Part shown: positions 45,158 to 55,464 of the stretch, one piece after another
How the letters are laid out: every line of letters starts with the position of its first letter
Numbering within the stretch: position 1 is the stretch's first letter
From: an uncultured Pelagibacteraceae bacterium
Lineage (GTDB): Bacteria > Pseudomonadota > Alphaproteobacteria > Pelagibacterales > AG-422-B15
Direction: 5' to 3'
NCBI GenBank assembly: GCA_902624455.1
Contig: CACNXQ010000003.1
Location: forward strand, 39,029-103,028
Length of the DNA stretch: 64,000 nucleotides
Notes under the pieces: model-generated
The model's database searches: none
What the model was told of the DNA's origin: nothing
The model's input: the letters and a program-made list of their open reading frames with translations, nothing else
Made by a program: the position numbers and the translations under genes

Positions 45158-46447
45158 ATGAACAAAATTTTGAAATCAAGTGATGGTGATTTTTTGAAAA
45201 AGTTTCATGAAGTCGTTAATTACGATAGAAGTGAAATTTTAGATGTATCATCAGTAGTTTCTGAGATAATCAAAAATGTAAGAGAAAGAGGTGATGCTGC
45301 AGTTATTGAGTATACAAGTAAGCTTGATAGAAATAATGAAGTACAATTAGAGGTTTCTAATGATAGTATTGAAGAATATATCAAAGATGTCCCAGAAGAT
45401 ATTAAAGATGCATTAGATTTAGCTGCAGAAAGAATAAAGAATTATCATCAAAAACAATTGCCAGCTGATCAATCATATCAAGATGAAAACGAAACAACGC
45501 TTGGATACTTTTGGAGAGCAGTTGAGTCTGTTGGGATTTATGTTCCTGGAGGAACTGCAAGTTATCCAAGCTCAGTCTTAATGAATGCAATTCCTGCTAA
45601 AATTGCAGGTGTGAAGGACGTAACAATGGTCACGCCTTTTACAGATGGTAAAATAAATCCATCAATCATGTATGCCGCTAAAGTTGCTGGAATAACCAAT
45701 ATACATCCAATTGGTGGGGCACAAGCTATTGCAGCACTTACATTTGGAACTGAAACAATTAAACCCGTTAACAAAATTGTAGGACCAGGCAATATATATG
45801 TAGCTGAAGCTAAGAGACAAGTCTCTGGAACTGTAGGTATAGACATGTTTGCAGGACCCTCAGAAGTTGTAATAATTGCTGATACAAATAATGAGCCAAA
45901 GATTATTGCTGCAGATTTAATTGCACAGTCTGAACATGATCCAAGTGCTCAGAGCATTCTTATTTGTAATGATGAGAGTTTAGCTAATAATGTAATTAAA
46001 GAAGTTGATGATCAAATAAGTAATTTGCCAAGAGGAGAAATTGCCAGATCAAGTTGGGATAAAAATGGATATATCATAATCGCTAATGATATTGATGAGT
46101 CTTTTAATTTATCTAACCAACTCGCACCTGAACATTTAGAACTTTTAATAGATAATGCCGAGAGTTATTTAAGTAAAATATCAAATGCAGGAGCAGTATT
46201 TTTAGGTAAAAATACACCAGAGGCACTGGGGGATTATATTGCAGGACCAAGTCATGTTCTGCCCACATCGAGAAGTGCAAAATTTTCATCTGGATTATCA
46301 GTTTATGATTTCCTAAAAAAGATATCATTGATTGGTTGTACCGATAAAAGTCTTGCGAACCTGGGTGAAGCTGCTATTAAGATTGCAACTAATGAAGGAC
46401 TTGACGGGCACGCGAGATCAATAGAATATAGACTTTCAAAAAAATAA
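45158..46447 (+). CDS. hisD: Histidinol dehydrogenase
   Basis: 429 aa. GIYVPGGTASYPSSVLM, GPGNIYV, QSEHD, APEHLEL, GDYIAGPSHVLPT motifs. Confidence 0.95.
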   Translation: MNKILKSSDGDFLKKFHEVVNYDRSEILDVSSVVSEIIKNVRERGDAAVIEYTSKLDRNNEVQLEVSNDSIEEYIKDVPEDIKDALDLAAERIKNYHQKQLPADQSYQDENETTLGYFWRAVESVGIYVPGGTASYPSSVLMNAIPAKIAGVKDVTMVTPFTDGKINPSIMYAAKVAGITNIHPIGGAQAIAALTFGTETIKPVNKIVGPGNIYVAEAKRQVSGTVGIDMFAGPSEVVIIADTNNEPKIIAADLIAQSEHDPSAQSILICNDESLANNVIKEVDDQISNLPRGEIARSSWDKNGYIIIANDIDESFNLSNQLAPEHLELLIDNAESYLSKISNAGAVFLGKNTPEALGDYIAGPSHVLPTSRSAKFSSGLSVYDFLKKISLIGCTDKSLANLGEAAIKIATNEGLDGHARSIEYRLSKK

Positions 46448-46450
46448 TAT

Positions 46451-46669
46451 ATGTCAAAAGAAGAGATACTAGAATTCAAAGGTAAAGTTACAGATATATT
46501 ACCCAATGCTATGTTTAAAGTTGAATTAGAAAATGGACATGAAGTCTTAGCCCATACTGCAGGCCGTATGAGAAAAAATAGAATAAGAGTTTTGGCAGGT
46601 GACGAAGTGTTGGTCCAAGTTACGCCATATGATCTTACAAAAGGTAGAATAATTTTTAGATATAAATAA
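46451..46669 (+). CDS. infA: Translation initiation factor IF-1
   Basis: 72 aa. [65 protein letters not shown]. Confidence 0.95.
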   Translation: MSKEEILEFKGKVTDILPNAMFKVELENGHEVLAHTAGRMRKNRIRVLAGDEVLVQVTPYDLTKGRIIFRYK

Positions 46670-46680
46670 AAGGATTTTCT

Positions 46681-47250
46681 CTGAAATTAGTTTTAGGAAG
46701 TTCATCTCCAAGAAGATTAGAATTGCTATCTACTATAGGCATTAAACCGGTAAAAATTCTCTCACCAGATATTAACGAAACACCTCATAGTAAAGAAAAG
46801 CCTTCAGATTATTCGAAGAGAATTGCTAGAGAGAAAATTAAATCGCTCCTTAAAGACAACAATGATCAAATTCTTTTAACTGCAGATACCGTTGTTTATT
46901 GTGGAAGCCGTATAATAGATAAGACAGCAAAAACTGATAAAGCAAAACAAAATCTAAGCATCCTATCAGGTAGGCGGCATAAAATTATGACGAGTATTTG
47001 TGTCAGAGGAGTAGATAAAAAAATAAGAACAAAATCAGTAATAACCACTGTTCACTTTAAAAGAATGTCTAGCAAAGACATTGACAACTATCTTGAATTG
47101 AATGAATGGCAAGATGCAGCAGGATCCTATAAAATACAAGGTTTTGCTGAAGCGTTTATTAAATCAATTAATGGTTCATATTCTAATGTTGTAGGACTCC
47201 CTTTATATGAAACAAGAAATTTACTTCAGTCATCGGGCTTAGAAATATGA
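46681..47250 (+). CDS. maf: Maf-like nucleoside triphosphate pyrophosphatase (start extended upstream to a non-ATG codon)
   Basis: The track ORF begins at TTG 46723, but the in-frame upstream codons encode LKLVLGSSSPRRLELL, the conserved Maf N-terminal SxSPRR motif. The frame is open only from 46666. CTG 46681 is the most plausible initiator. Confidence 0.75.
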   Translation: MKLVLGSSSPRRLELLSTIGIKPVKILSPDINETPHSKEKPSDYSKRIAREKIKSLLKDNNDQILLTADTVVYCGSRIIDKTAKTDKAKQNLSILSGRRHKIMTSICVRGVDKKIRTKSVITTVHFKRMSSKDIDNYLELNEWQDAAGSYKIQGFAEAFIKSINGSYSNVVGLPLYETRNLLQSSGLEI

Positions 47251-47606
47251 ATGAATTGATATTTATATACAATGCTAAAAGTGGTGTTCTTAATGCTTTC
47301 TTGGACTGGTCTCATAAGATGTTTTCACCAAATACTTATGAGTGCAACCTTTGTGGAATTACATATAATTCTTTTGGAAAAGTCTCAAAATGGAAAACAT
47401 TTTTAGATAGCAAGAAACTAAAAAAGACTTTTTACTATACTGATCATATAAGCTCATTAGATTTTATGACTGAAGATATTAAGCCACCGTGCATCTTCCT
47501 TAAGAATGCTACGACTACCGAGCTGATAATGAACTCTAGTGAACTAAATAAATTAATTTCAGTAGATGAATTGATAGATAGGCTTAATAATCTAATAGAT
47601 GACTGA
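47247..47606 (+). CDS. Hypothetical protein with CxxC motif (119 aa)
   Basis: 4-nt overlap with maf. YECNLCGITY. Family not recognised. Confidence 0.5.
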   Translation: MNELIFIYNAKSGVLNAFLDWSHKMFSPNTYECNLCGITYNSFGKVSKWKTFLDSKKLKKTFYYTDHISSLDFMTEDIKPPCIFLKNATTTELIMNSSELNKLISVDELIDRLNNLIDD

Positions 47607-47672
47607 ACATAGATAATATTTTCTTTGCACGAATAAATTATTTAGAATAAAACATAATCTTACTGAATAAAT

Positions 47673-47748
47673 GGCTCGATAGCTCAGTTGGTAGAGCAAA
47701 GGACTGAAAATCCTTGTGTCGGTGGTTCAATTCCACCTCGAGCCACCA
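47673..47748 (+). tRNA. tRNA-Phe (GAA)
   Basis: GGCTCGATAGCTCAGTTGGTAGAGCAAAGGACTGAAAATCCTTGTGTCGGTGGTTCAATTCCACCTCGAGCCACCA. Canonical cloverleaf, anticodon loop CTGAAAA, encoded CCA. Confidence 0.95.
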
Positions 47749-47753
47749 CGTAT

Positions 47754-47830
47754 GCAGCTGTAGCTCAGTTGGTTAGAGCGCCTGGTTGTGGTTCAGGAGG
47801 TCGGTAGTTCGAATCTACCCAGCTGTACCA
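47754..47830 (+). tRNA. tRNA-His (GUG) without encoded G-1; G1:U72, A73
   Basis: GCAGCTGTAGCTCAGTTGGTTAGAGCGCCTGGTTGTGGTTCAGGAGGTCGGTAGTTCGAATCTACCCAGCTGTACCA. Anticodon loop TTGTGGT. The base before G1 is T. 5 nt downstream of tRNA-Phe. Confidence 0.9.
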
Positions 47831-49041
47831 CTTTTTACTTGTTGAGATGGAAGTGATAGGACAATGATAAAAAGAGCGATCATAACAAATCCAAAGATCA
47901 TATAGAGATATTCAAAGTCACCAGAAATTTCAAAGCTGTGTGAAATCATTAGTAATGCAATCGGACCTATTGAGAATGATACGATAAATTTAATGCCATA
48001 TACTAAACTTTGATATTTTTCAGGAGAGTACTTTGCTAACAATAAGTTTTCTGCCGGTAAGATACTTGAATTAAAAGCAACTATCATAAGACTGAAAACT
48101 ATCAGCCATACATTTGAAAGACTTATGATAAATAAAAGCAGACATCCTTGGCCAATAATACCAGCTATATAAACAGATTTCTCTGAATAACGGTCAGCTA
48201 GCACTCCACCAATATAATTCATTAGACCGCTTACAATATATATTGCAGCTACAATAAATCCTATTTCTGAGGTGGTTAGGTTTAAATTATTTGCCAGCCT
48301 TATATCAATAACTTTTGGCAAACTGGTCTGTAAAATTTGATATACAAAACTCAAGCAAGCAATACTTATTAGCATTATAATTGCAATTTTAAGCATCTGA
48401 TCTTTACTAGGACTTTTACTAAATTTTTCAGAAGTAATATTTACAATAGAGATTTGTCCAGACCTTATGTGATTTATTAGAAATACGCCTGTAATTAAGG
48501 ATATAATGCCCGGAATAATAAATGCGCTTTGCCAATTAATTAATTGGATTAAAGCACCAGCAAAAAATGCACCTAAACCAATACCAACACCACCAAAAAT
48601 ATTATTCACACCTAGCGCCTTACCAGTTTCTTTTGATGTATTTACAACCCAAGATATACCTGCGGGATGATAAATTGCACAAAACAATCCGAGAAGAGAA
48701 AGACTGAAGAAGAGCATTAATTTATTTGAACTAAACCCACACAAAATCGAGCTTATACCTAGACCTACAAACATCACTGCGATCATTCCAGATCGGCTCC
48801 ATCGATCACTTAACCAACCTGCTGGCAATGCGCCTAAACCTACTAATAGTGAACCAAGAAACCATAAATTTAATAATTCGTTATATGAGTAGCCCCATGC
48901 ATCTTCTATAGCTAAGACAATTACAAAATAGAATGCAGCGAACATGTGCATTAGTAGATGGCCAATTGCTGCATATACCGCTGTCAATTTTGTATTATTA
49001 GTTGTGTTATCCATATTAGAAAAGATAAGCAGTTTTACCAA
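47815..49041 (-). CDS. Major facilitator superfamily transporter
   Basis: 408 aa, about 12 hydrophobic segments, MFS loop motif GWLSDRWSRSG. Alternative start ATG 49014 (MDNTTNN). Stop codon and last 5 codons lie inside the tRNA-His gene on the opposite strand. Confidence 0.8.
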   Translation of the reverse strand: MVKLLIFSNMDNTTNNTKLTAVYAAIGHLLMHMFAAFYFVIVLAIEDAWGYSYNELLNLWFLGSLLVGLGALPAGWLSDRWSRSGMIAVMFVGLGISSILCGFSSNKLMLFFSLSLLGLFCAIYHPAGISWVVNTSKETGKALGVNNIFGGVGIGLGAFFAGALIQLINWQSAFIIPGIISLITGVFLINHIRSGQISIVNITSEKFSKSPSKDQMLKIAIIMLISIACLSFVYQILQTSLPKVIDIRLANNLNLTTSEIGFIVAAIYIVSGLMNYIGGVLADRYSEKSVYIAGIIGQGCLLLFIISLSNVWLIVFSLMIVAFNSSILPAENLLLAKYSPEKYQSLVYGIKFIVSFSIGPIALLMISHSFEISGDFEYLYMIFGFVMIALFIIVLSLPSQQVKSGTAG

Positions 49042-49123
49042 ATATTGGGAGTGATCATTATATGAAAGCCATAAAATTACAAATAAATTGACATTTTCTT
49101 ATAAATAGGGCAATTCACCAACT

Positions 49124-49159
49124 ATGTTGATAATTAAACATCATCATTCACATATCTGA
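49124..49159 (+). promoter_or_regulatory. Candidate His-rich leader peptide ORF upstream of hisS-hisZ-hisG
   Basis: ATG TTG ATA ATT AAA CAT CAT CAT TCA CAT ATC TGA = MLIIKHHHSHI*. Followed immediately by a perfect 9-bp hairpin (GTTTGTTAG 49160-49168 / CTAACAAAC 49178-49186), with a T7 run at 49199-49205. Confidence 0.4.
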
Positions 49160-49250
49160 GTTTGTTAGTAAAAAAAGCTAACAAACCACAACCCCCTATT
49201 TTTTTAAATTGTAAACAACGTTATAGTACTTTTAGTACTAAGGAAGACTA

Positions 49251-50645
49251 ATGAAAAATAAGAAAGATAAATTAAAAGCTAAATTACCGAGAGGTTTTAA
49301 GGATAACCAAGAAGACGTTATTAGTCTGAGGAATGCTGTATCTGATGTTATAAAAAATGAATGTCAAAAATATGCATTTTCAGAAATTGATACCTCTACT
49401 ATTGAATATTCTGAGTCACTTGGAAAATTTTTACCTGATAGTGATAGGCCAGAAGGTGGAGTATTCTCATTTCAAGATGAAGACGGACAATGGCTTTCCT
49501 TAAGATATGACTTAACTGCTCCATTGGCTAGATATGTTGCAGAAAATTATCAGTATCTTAATAAACCATTTAAGAGGTATCAGACTGGATTAGTATTTAG
49601 AAATGAAAAGCCAGGGCCTGGTAGGTTTAGAGAGTTTCTTCAATTTGATGCAGATGTTATTGGAATTCAATCGTCATTTATTGATGCCGAGCTTTGCATA
49701 ATGGTTTCTAATATTTTTTTAAAACTTGGACTAGGTTTTGATAAATTTTGTATCAAATATTCTAATAGACAAATTTGGGATAAGCTTTTTACAGATAATA
49801 AAATAAATGGTGAATTACAAACTTTAGTTTTACGTGCGATTGATAAAAAAGATCGTGTAGGAGAAGACGGAGTTAAACAGCTGCTTACGAAAGGTCGTAA
49901 GGATAAATCTGGTGACTTTATGAAAGGTGTTGGTTTAAGTGACTCTCAGGCTTCAAATATCATTGAGTTCCTTAATTCTAAAACACAAACTAACGAACAA
50001 TTAGAAGAGTTTAATAATTACCTTTCAAATTATAAGGATTATCCGATTGTATTCGATCCATCCATTGTAAGGGGACTAGACTATTATACTGGAATGGTAT
50101 TTGAAGCCGAGTTACTCATAAAAGTTAAAAATGACAAAAATCAAAATGTTATTTTTGGCTCAGTAGCTGGAGGTGGAAGATACGATAAACTTGTTTCTAG
50201 ATTTGGAGGAGAAGATATACCAGCTACGGGTATATCAATAGGAGTTGATAGGCTCATAGTTGCACTAAAACAAGAAAACCTTCTTCAAAGCAATAAACAA
50301 CCGCTTGTAGTTGTGGCAAATATGGATGAAAACTTGCTTTCTAATTACTTGGAGATTGCTGATGAAATTAGAGCCAATAACATAGCTTGTGAGATTTCAT
50401 TCGGCAATAAGAACTTGGCCAAACAGTTAAAGTATTGTGATAAAAAAAATGCAGATGTTGTGATTATTGCTGGTCAAGATGAATTTGATAAAAAAGAATT
50501 ATCTATAAAAAATTTAGCTCTAGGTAAAAAAATCTCAGAAAATATAACTGAAAGAAGTGAATGGAAAGAACAACGAGCAGGTCAACTAAATATTCCGAGA
50601 GATGACCTTATAAACCAATTAAAGAAAATCTTAACAATAGAGTAA
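49251..50645 (+). CDS. hisS: Histidine--tRNA ligase (atypical alphaproteobacterial type)
   Basis: 464 aa. Class II motifs (LRYDLTAPLARY; motif 2 FRNEKPGPGRFREFLQFDADVIG; motif 3 GGGRYD). SD-like AAGGAAG upstream. Confidence 0.95.
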   Translation: MKNKKDKLKAKLPRGFKDNQEDVISLRNAVSDVIKNECQKYAFSEIDTSTIEYSESLGKFLPDSDRPEGGVFSFQDEDGQWLSLRYDLTAPLARYVAENYQYLNKPFKRYQTGLVFRNEKPGPGRFREFLQFDADVIGIQSSFIDAELCIMVSNIFLKLGLGFDKFCIKYSNRQIWDKLFTDNKINGELQTLVLRAIDKKDRVGEDGVKQLLTKGRKDKSGDFMKGVGLSDSQASNIIEFLNSKTQTNEQLEEFNNYLSNYKDYPIVFDPSIVRGLDYYTGMVFEAELLIKVKNDKNQNVIFGSVAGGGRYDKLVSRFGGEDIPATGISIGVDRLIVALKQENLLQSNKQPLVVVANMDENLLSNYLEIADEIRANNIACEISFGNKNLAKQLKYCDKKNADVVIIAGQDEFDKKELSIKNLALGKKISENITERSEWKEQRAGQLNIPRDDLINQLKKILTIE

Positions 50646-50649
50646 TTTA

Positions 50650-51795
50650 ATGTCTATTCAAGAATTGAACTTGCAATTGAAAAATTATTTTGAGTCAAAT
50701 GATTTCACCTATGTTGATTTACCGCTCGTTTTTGACTCTGATGTTTTTTACGAAATGTCTGGAGAAATTTTAAGAAAACAAATGTATTCCTTTTATGATA
50801 ATTCTGGCAAAGAAAAATGTTTAAGACCAGATTTAACTATTCCAGTATGTCATAACTACATTACAAATAGCCAAAAATTTAAATCAGGTAAGCTCTGTTA
50901 CAGCGGACCAGTGTTTAGGTCCTCTATTGAAAGTGAAGGCTCAGTTGAACTAAATCAATCGGGAGTAGAAATTATCTATCAGGATAATAGAAACGAATCT
51001 CAGCTCATCAAAGATATTGAGATCATTCAATGCGCTTTAGAAACATTGAAAAATATTGGCATTGAGAAGATAAACTTAAGATTAGGTAATTTAAAATATT
51101 TTATGAACTTCATAAATGTACTTAATTTACCTCAGAGATGGAAGGAACGTCTATCGAGACATTATTTTCGAAAAGATTATTTTGAAACTTTGCTTGTAAG
51201 ATTATCTAGAGGCGTTGGCTATAATAGTCAACAGAGAGATAAAATAATTAAAGAAATATTAGGAACTGAAACAACAAATTCTAAACATTTAAGAAAAATT
51301 ATTGAAGAGAAAAATATTTTTAAATCTTCACGAACAACCACTGAAATCATCGATAGGTTTAATCAAAAAGCAGATATGATTATTCAAAAAGAAGATGGTT
51401 TGAAGATAGTAGAATTAATTAGAGAATATCAAAAAATAAATGGGAACATTGATGACTATAATCAAAATCTTAACAAATTTATTAAGGATTATGATTTAAA
51501 TAATTTTGAAGATAATACTGAAACACTAAATAAATTCAATGAATTATGTTTAAGCAGTAAGAGCGTAAATGAAGCAATATTTTTGAATAATTTTCGTAAT
51601 ACAATTGAATTTTATGATGGATTGATATTTGAGATTTTTGATACAAGTGGAACCTATCGATTGATAAGTGGTGGAAGATACGACAAGTTGCTCAAGAGCT
51701 TGGGTTCAGATGAAAAATTATGTGCTGTAGGTTTCGCTACATATAATAACGAAATAAATAAGTACTTGGAAAGTAAATCAAATGGACAAAATTAA
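50650..51795 (+). CDS. hisZ: ATP phosphoribosyltransferase regulatory subunit (HisRS paralog)
   Basis: 381 aa HisRS-like catalytic-domain paralog without an anticodon-binding domain (CLRPDLTIPVCHNY, SGGRYDKLL), immediately upstream of short-form hisG. Confidence 0.85.
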   Translation: MSIQELNLQLKNYFESNDFTYVDLPLVFDSDVFYEMSGEILRKQMYSFYDNSGKEKCLRPDLTIPVCHNYITNSQKFKSGKLCYSGPVFRSSIESEGSVELNQSGVEIIYQDNRNESQLIKDIEIIQCALETLKNIGIEKINLRLGNLKYFMNFINVLNLPQRWKERLSRHYFRKDYFETLLVRLSRGVGYNSQQRDKIIKEILGTETTNSKHLRKIIEEKNIFKSSRTTTEIIDRFNQKADMIIQKEDGLKIVELIREYQKINGNIDDYNQNLNKFIKDYDLNNFEDNTETLNKFNELCLSSKSVNEAIFLNNFRNTIEFYDGLIFEIFDTSGTYRLISGGRYDKLLKSLGSDEKLCAVGFATYNNEINKYLESKSNGQN

Positions 51796-52474
51796 AATTG
51801 CTCTTCCAAGTAAGGGTCGTTTAAGGCGTGACATGGAAACTTTGTTTAAAGCAAAACAAATTTCCTTTGCTAACTTATCAAATGATAGAGATTATATCGG
51901 CTCGATTGAGGGACATGATAACATATTAATATATTTTTTGAGTGCTAAAGAAATAACAAACAGACTAGAGGAAGGATCAATTCATCTTGGGTTAACAGGC
52001 GATGATTTGATTCAGGAAAAGGTTGAGAACTTTGAAAGTAAAGTGTCTAAACTTATTAAACTAGATTTTGGTAAAGCTAATTTAGTTGTTGCTGTGCCAA
52101 ACTTTTGGATAGATGTATATTCAATGGCGGATTTAGAAGAAATATGTAATTTACACCGATTAAAAACAACGAGGAGACTCCGAGTTGCTACAAAATATAC
52201 AAATCTTACTAACAATTTTTTTTCAAAATGTGGAGTTCTTGATTACAGGACAGTAATGAGTCACGGTTCAACTGAAAGCGCTCCATTTAATGGATTTTCA
52301 GAAATCATTACTGACATTACTTCTTCGGGTGAGACCTTAAGGGCTAATAATCTTAGAGTATTAGATGATGGTGTAATTTTACAATCATCGGCAAACATTT
52401 TTAAATCGAATATTGCCGAATGGAATAGTAGTTCTGAAAAAATTTGTAATGAATTTATTGATATTTTGACATAA
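51782..52474 (+). CDS. hisG: ATP phosphoribosyltransferase, short form
   Basis: 230 aa. KIALPSKGRL, VATKYTNLT, ITDITSSGETLRAN motifs. 14-nt overlap with hisZ. Confidence 0.9.
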   Translation: MDKIKIALPSKGRLRRDMETLFKAKQISFANLSNDRDYIGSIEGHDNILIYFLSAKEITNRLEEGSIHLGLTGDDLIQEKVENFESKVSKLIKLDFGKANLVVAVPNFWIDVYSMADLEEICNLHRLKTTRRLRVATKYTNLTNNFFSKCGVLDYRTVMSHGSTESAPFNGFSEIITDITSSGETLRANNLRVLDDGVILQSSANIFKSNIAEWNSSSEKICNEFIDILT

Positions 52475-52502
52475 AAAAACCCGGCTTAGCCGGGTTTTTT
52501 TA
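52473..52502. terminator. Bidirectional intrinsic terminator between hisG and groEL
   Basis: aaaaaaa CCCGGC tta GCCGGG ttttttt. GC-rich 6-bp stem flanked by an A-run and a T-run, between convergent genes. Confidence 0.85.
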
Positions 52503-52516
52503 ATTAAATTTCTAAA

Positions 52517-54187
<1,671 letters not shown>

Positions 54188-54502
54188 TTATTTTTTCTTT
54201 TTTGATTTAGATTTTGTGTTTATGACACCCATGATGTCTGACTCTTTCATAATACAGAGTTCTTCACCATCGATCTTTACTTCAGTTCCAGACCATTTGC
54301 CAAATAAAACAATATCACCCACTTTAAGATCTAAAGGAGTTACTTTTCCGTCTTCACTTTTGGTTCCATTGCCTACGGCAACTATTTGTCCCTCTTGAGG
54401 TTTTTCTTGTGCTGTATCAGGTATGATGATACCTCCAGCTGTTTTTTCTTCAGTATCTAGTCTTCTAACTAGAACACGATCATGTAAAGGTCGAAAATCC
54501 AT
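54188..54502 (-). CDS. groS: Co-chaperonin GroES
   Basis: 104 aa. [36 protein letters not shown]. Confidence 0.95.
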   Translation of the reverse strand: MDFRPLHDRVLVRRLDTEEKTAGGIIIPDTAQEKPQEGQIVAVGNGTKSEDGKVTPLDLKVGDIVLFGKWSGTEVKIDGEELCIMKESDIMGVINTKSKSKKKK

Positions 54503-54550
54503 GTGTAACTTCTCCTAATAAATATTTGCTATATTGCTAAAGTTAATAGG

Positions 54551-54579
54551 CATATAGTGATCTGTGACATCTGTGTCAA
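54551..54579 (-). promoter_or_regulatory. Candidate sigma70-type promoter of groES-groEL
   Basis: Minus strand reads TTGACA (54579-54574), 17-nt spacer, TATATG (54556-54551), about 50 nt upstream of the groES ATG. Confidence 0.45.
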
Positions 54580-54639
54580 GGGGCAGTTCAATTAAAGGGA
54601 AAATCTATAGTTTAGAAAAAAATGATTAATTTCAAATAG

Positions 54640-55419
54640 TTATGATTGTTCTGATTCACCACCATCAATTACTATATTCTGCCCAGTCATAAATGAGCCC
54701 GCTTCGGAAGCTAAAAACACTGCTGCGCCAGCAATTTCGTCAGGCATACCAATTCTTTTAAGGGCGGTTCTATTTGTAGAGGCCTTTAAAATACTCTCAT
54801 TTTCCCAAAGCGCTCTTGCAAAGTCAGTTTTAATTAATCCAGGTGATATACAATTGGCTCTTATATTATTGCGACCATACTCAACTGAAATATTTCTAGC
54901 TAGTTGTGAGTCTGCAGCTTTTGAAATGGCATAAGTTCCTAAAAAACTGCTTCCGTGTAATCCAGCAATAGATGATATTATAATAATTGAACCATTTTTA
55001 TCTTTTATCATGTCAGGAATAACTTCATTGCATAACCAAAAATTACTTTGAACATTTGATTTCATAATCTTCTCGAAAGCTTCGTCAGATATATTCATTG
55101 ATGGTCCAAAGTAAGGATTTATCGCCGCATTGCAAACTAAGGTGGAGATATTGCCACAGAACTCTAATGATTGAGTGTATAGGTTTTTCAATTGATCTTT
55201 ATAGGAAATGTTGCAAGCTATTGCTAGCGCCCTATCTTTTCCAAATTTTGAATTAATCTCATCTGCAACAACTTGACAGGCATCTATTTTTCTACTGGTT
55301 ATAATTACTTTCGCTCCATGCTCAGCCATCCTCAAAGCAATGGCCTTGCCAATTCCCCTTGACGAGCCAGTAATAATCGCATTTTTTCCTGTAAGATCAA
55401 ATAGAGTAGTCATTATCAA
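54640..55419 (-). CDS. Short-chain dehydrogenase/reductase (SDR) family oxidoreductase
   Basis: TGSSRGIGKAIA cofactor motif; YAISKAA catalytic YxxxK. Alternative start 55413. Confidence 0.85.
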   Translation of the reverse strand: MIMTTLFDLTGKNAIITGSSRGIGKAIALRMAEHGAKVIITSRKIDACQVVADEINSKFGKDRALAIACNISYKDQLKNLYTQSLEFCGNISTLVCNAAINPYFGPSMNISDEAFEKIMKSNVQSNFWLCNEVIPDMIKDKNGSIIIISSIAGLHGSSFLGTYAISKAADSQLARNISVEYGRNNIRANCISPGLIKTDFARALWENESILKASTNRTALKRIGMPDEIAGAAVFLASEAGSFMTGQNIVIDGGESEQS

Positions 55420-55464
55420 ATATAGTGTATAAATATAATTTAAATTAATCTTAACATTATATTT

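Noticed and set aside
49160-49205. Classical rho-independent terminator directly after the His leader ORF
   Set aside because: The 9-bp hairpin is AT-rich and separated from the T7 run by 12 nt, so it does not meet the usual stem-plus-U-tract geometry. It is kept only as part of a speculative attenuator finding.
47607-49250. tRNA-Phe/tRNA-His pair as an integration site for a genomic island or prophage
   Set aside because: I could not see an integrase, a direct repeat of the tRNA 3' end, or phage-like genes nearby. The flanking genes are an MFS transporter and hisS.
54503-54550. Possible CIRCE (HrcA) operator in the groES leader (minus strand TTAGCAATA...)
   Set aside because: Only a 6/9 match to the left half-site TTAGCACTC. 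No complementary GAGTGCTAA half-site lies 9 nt away, so it is not an inverted repeat.
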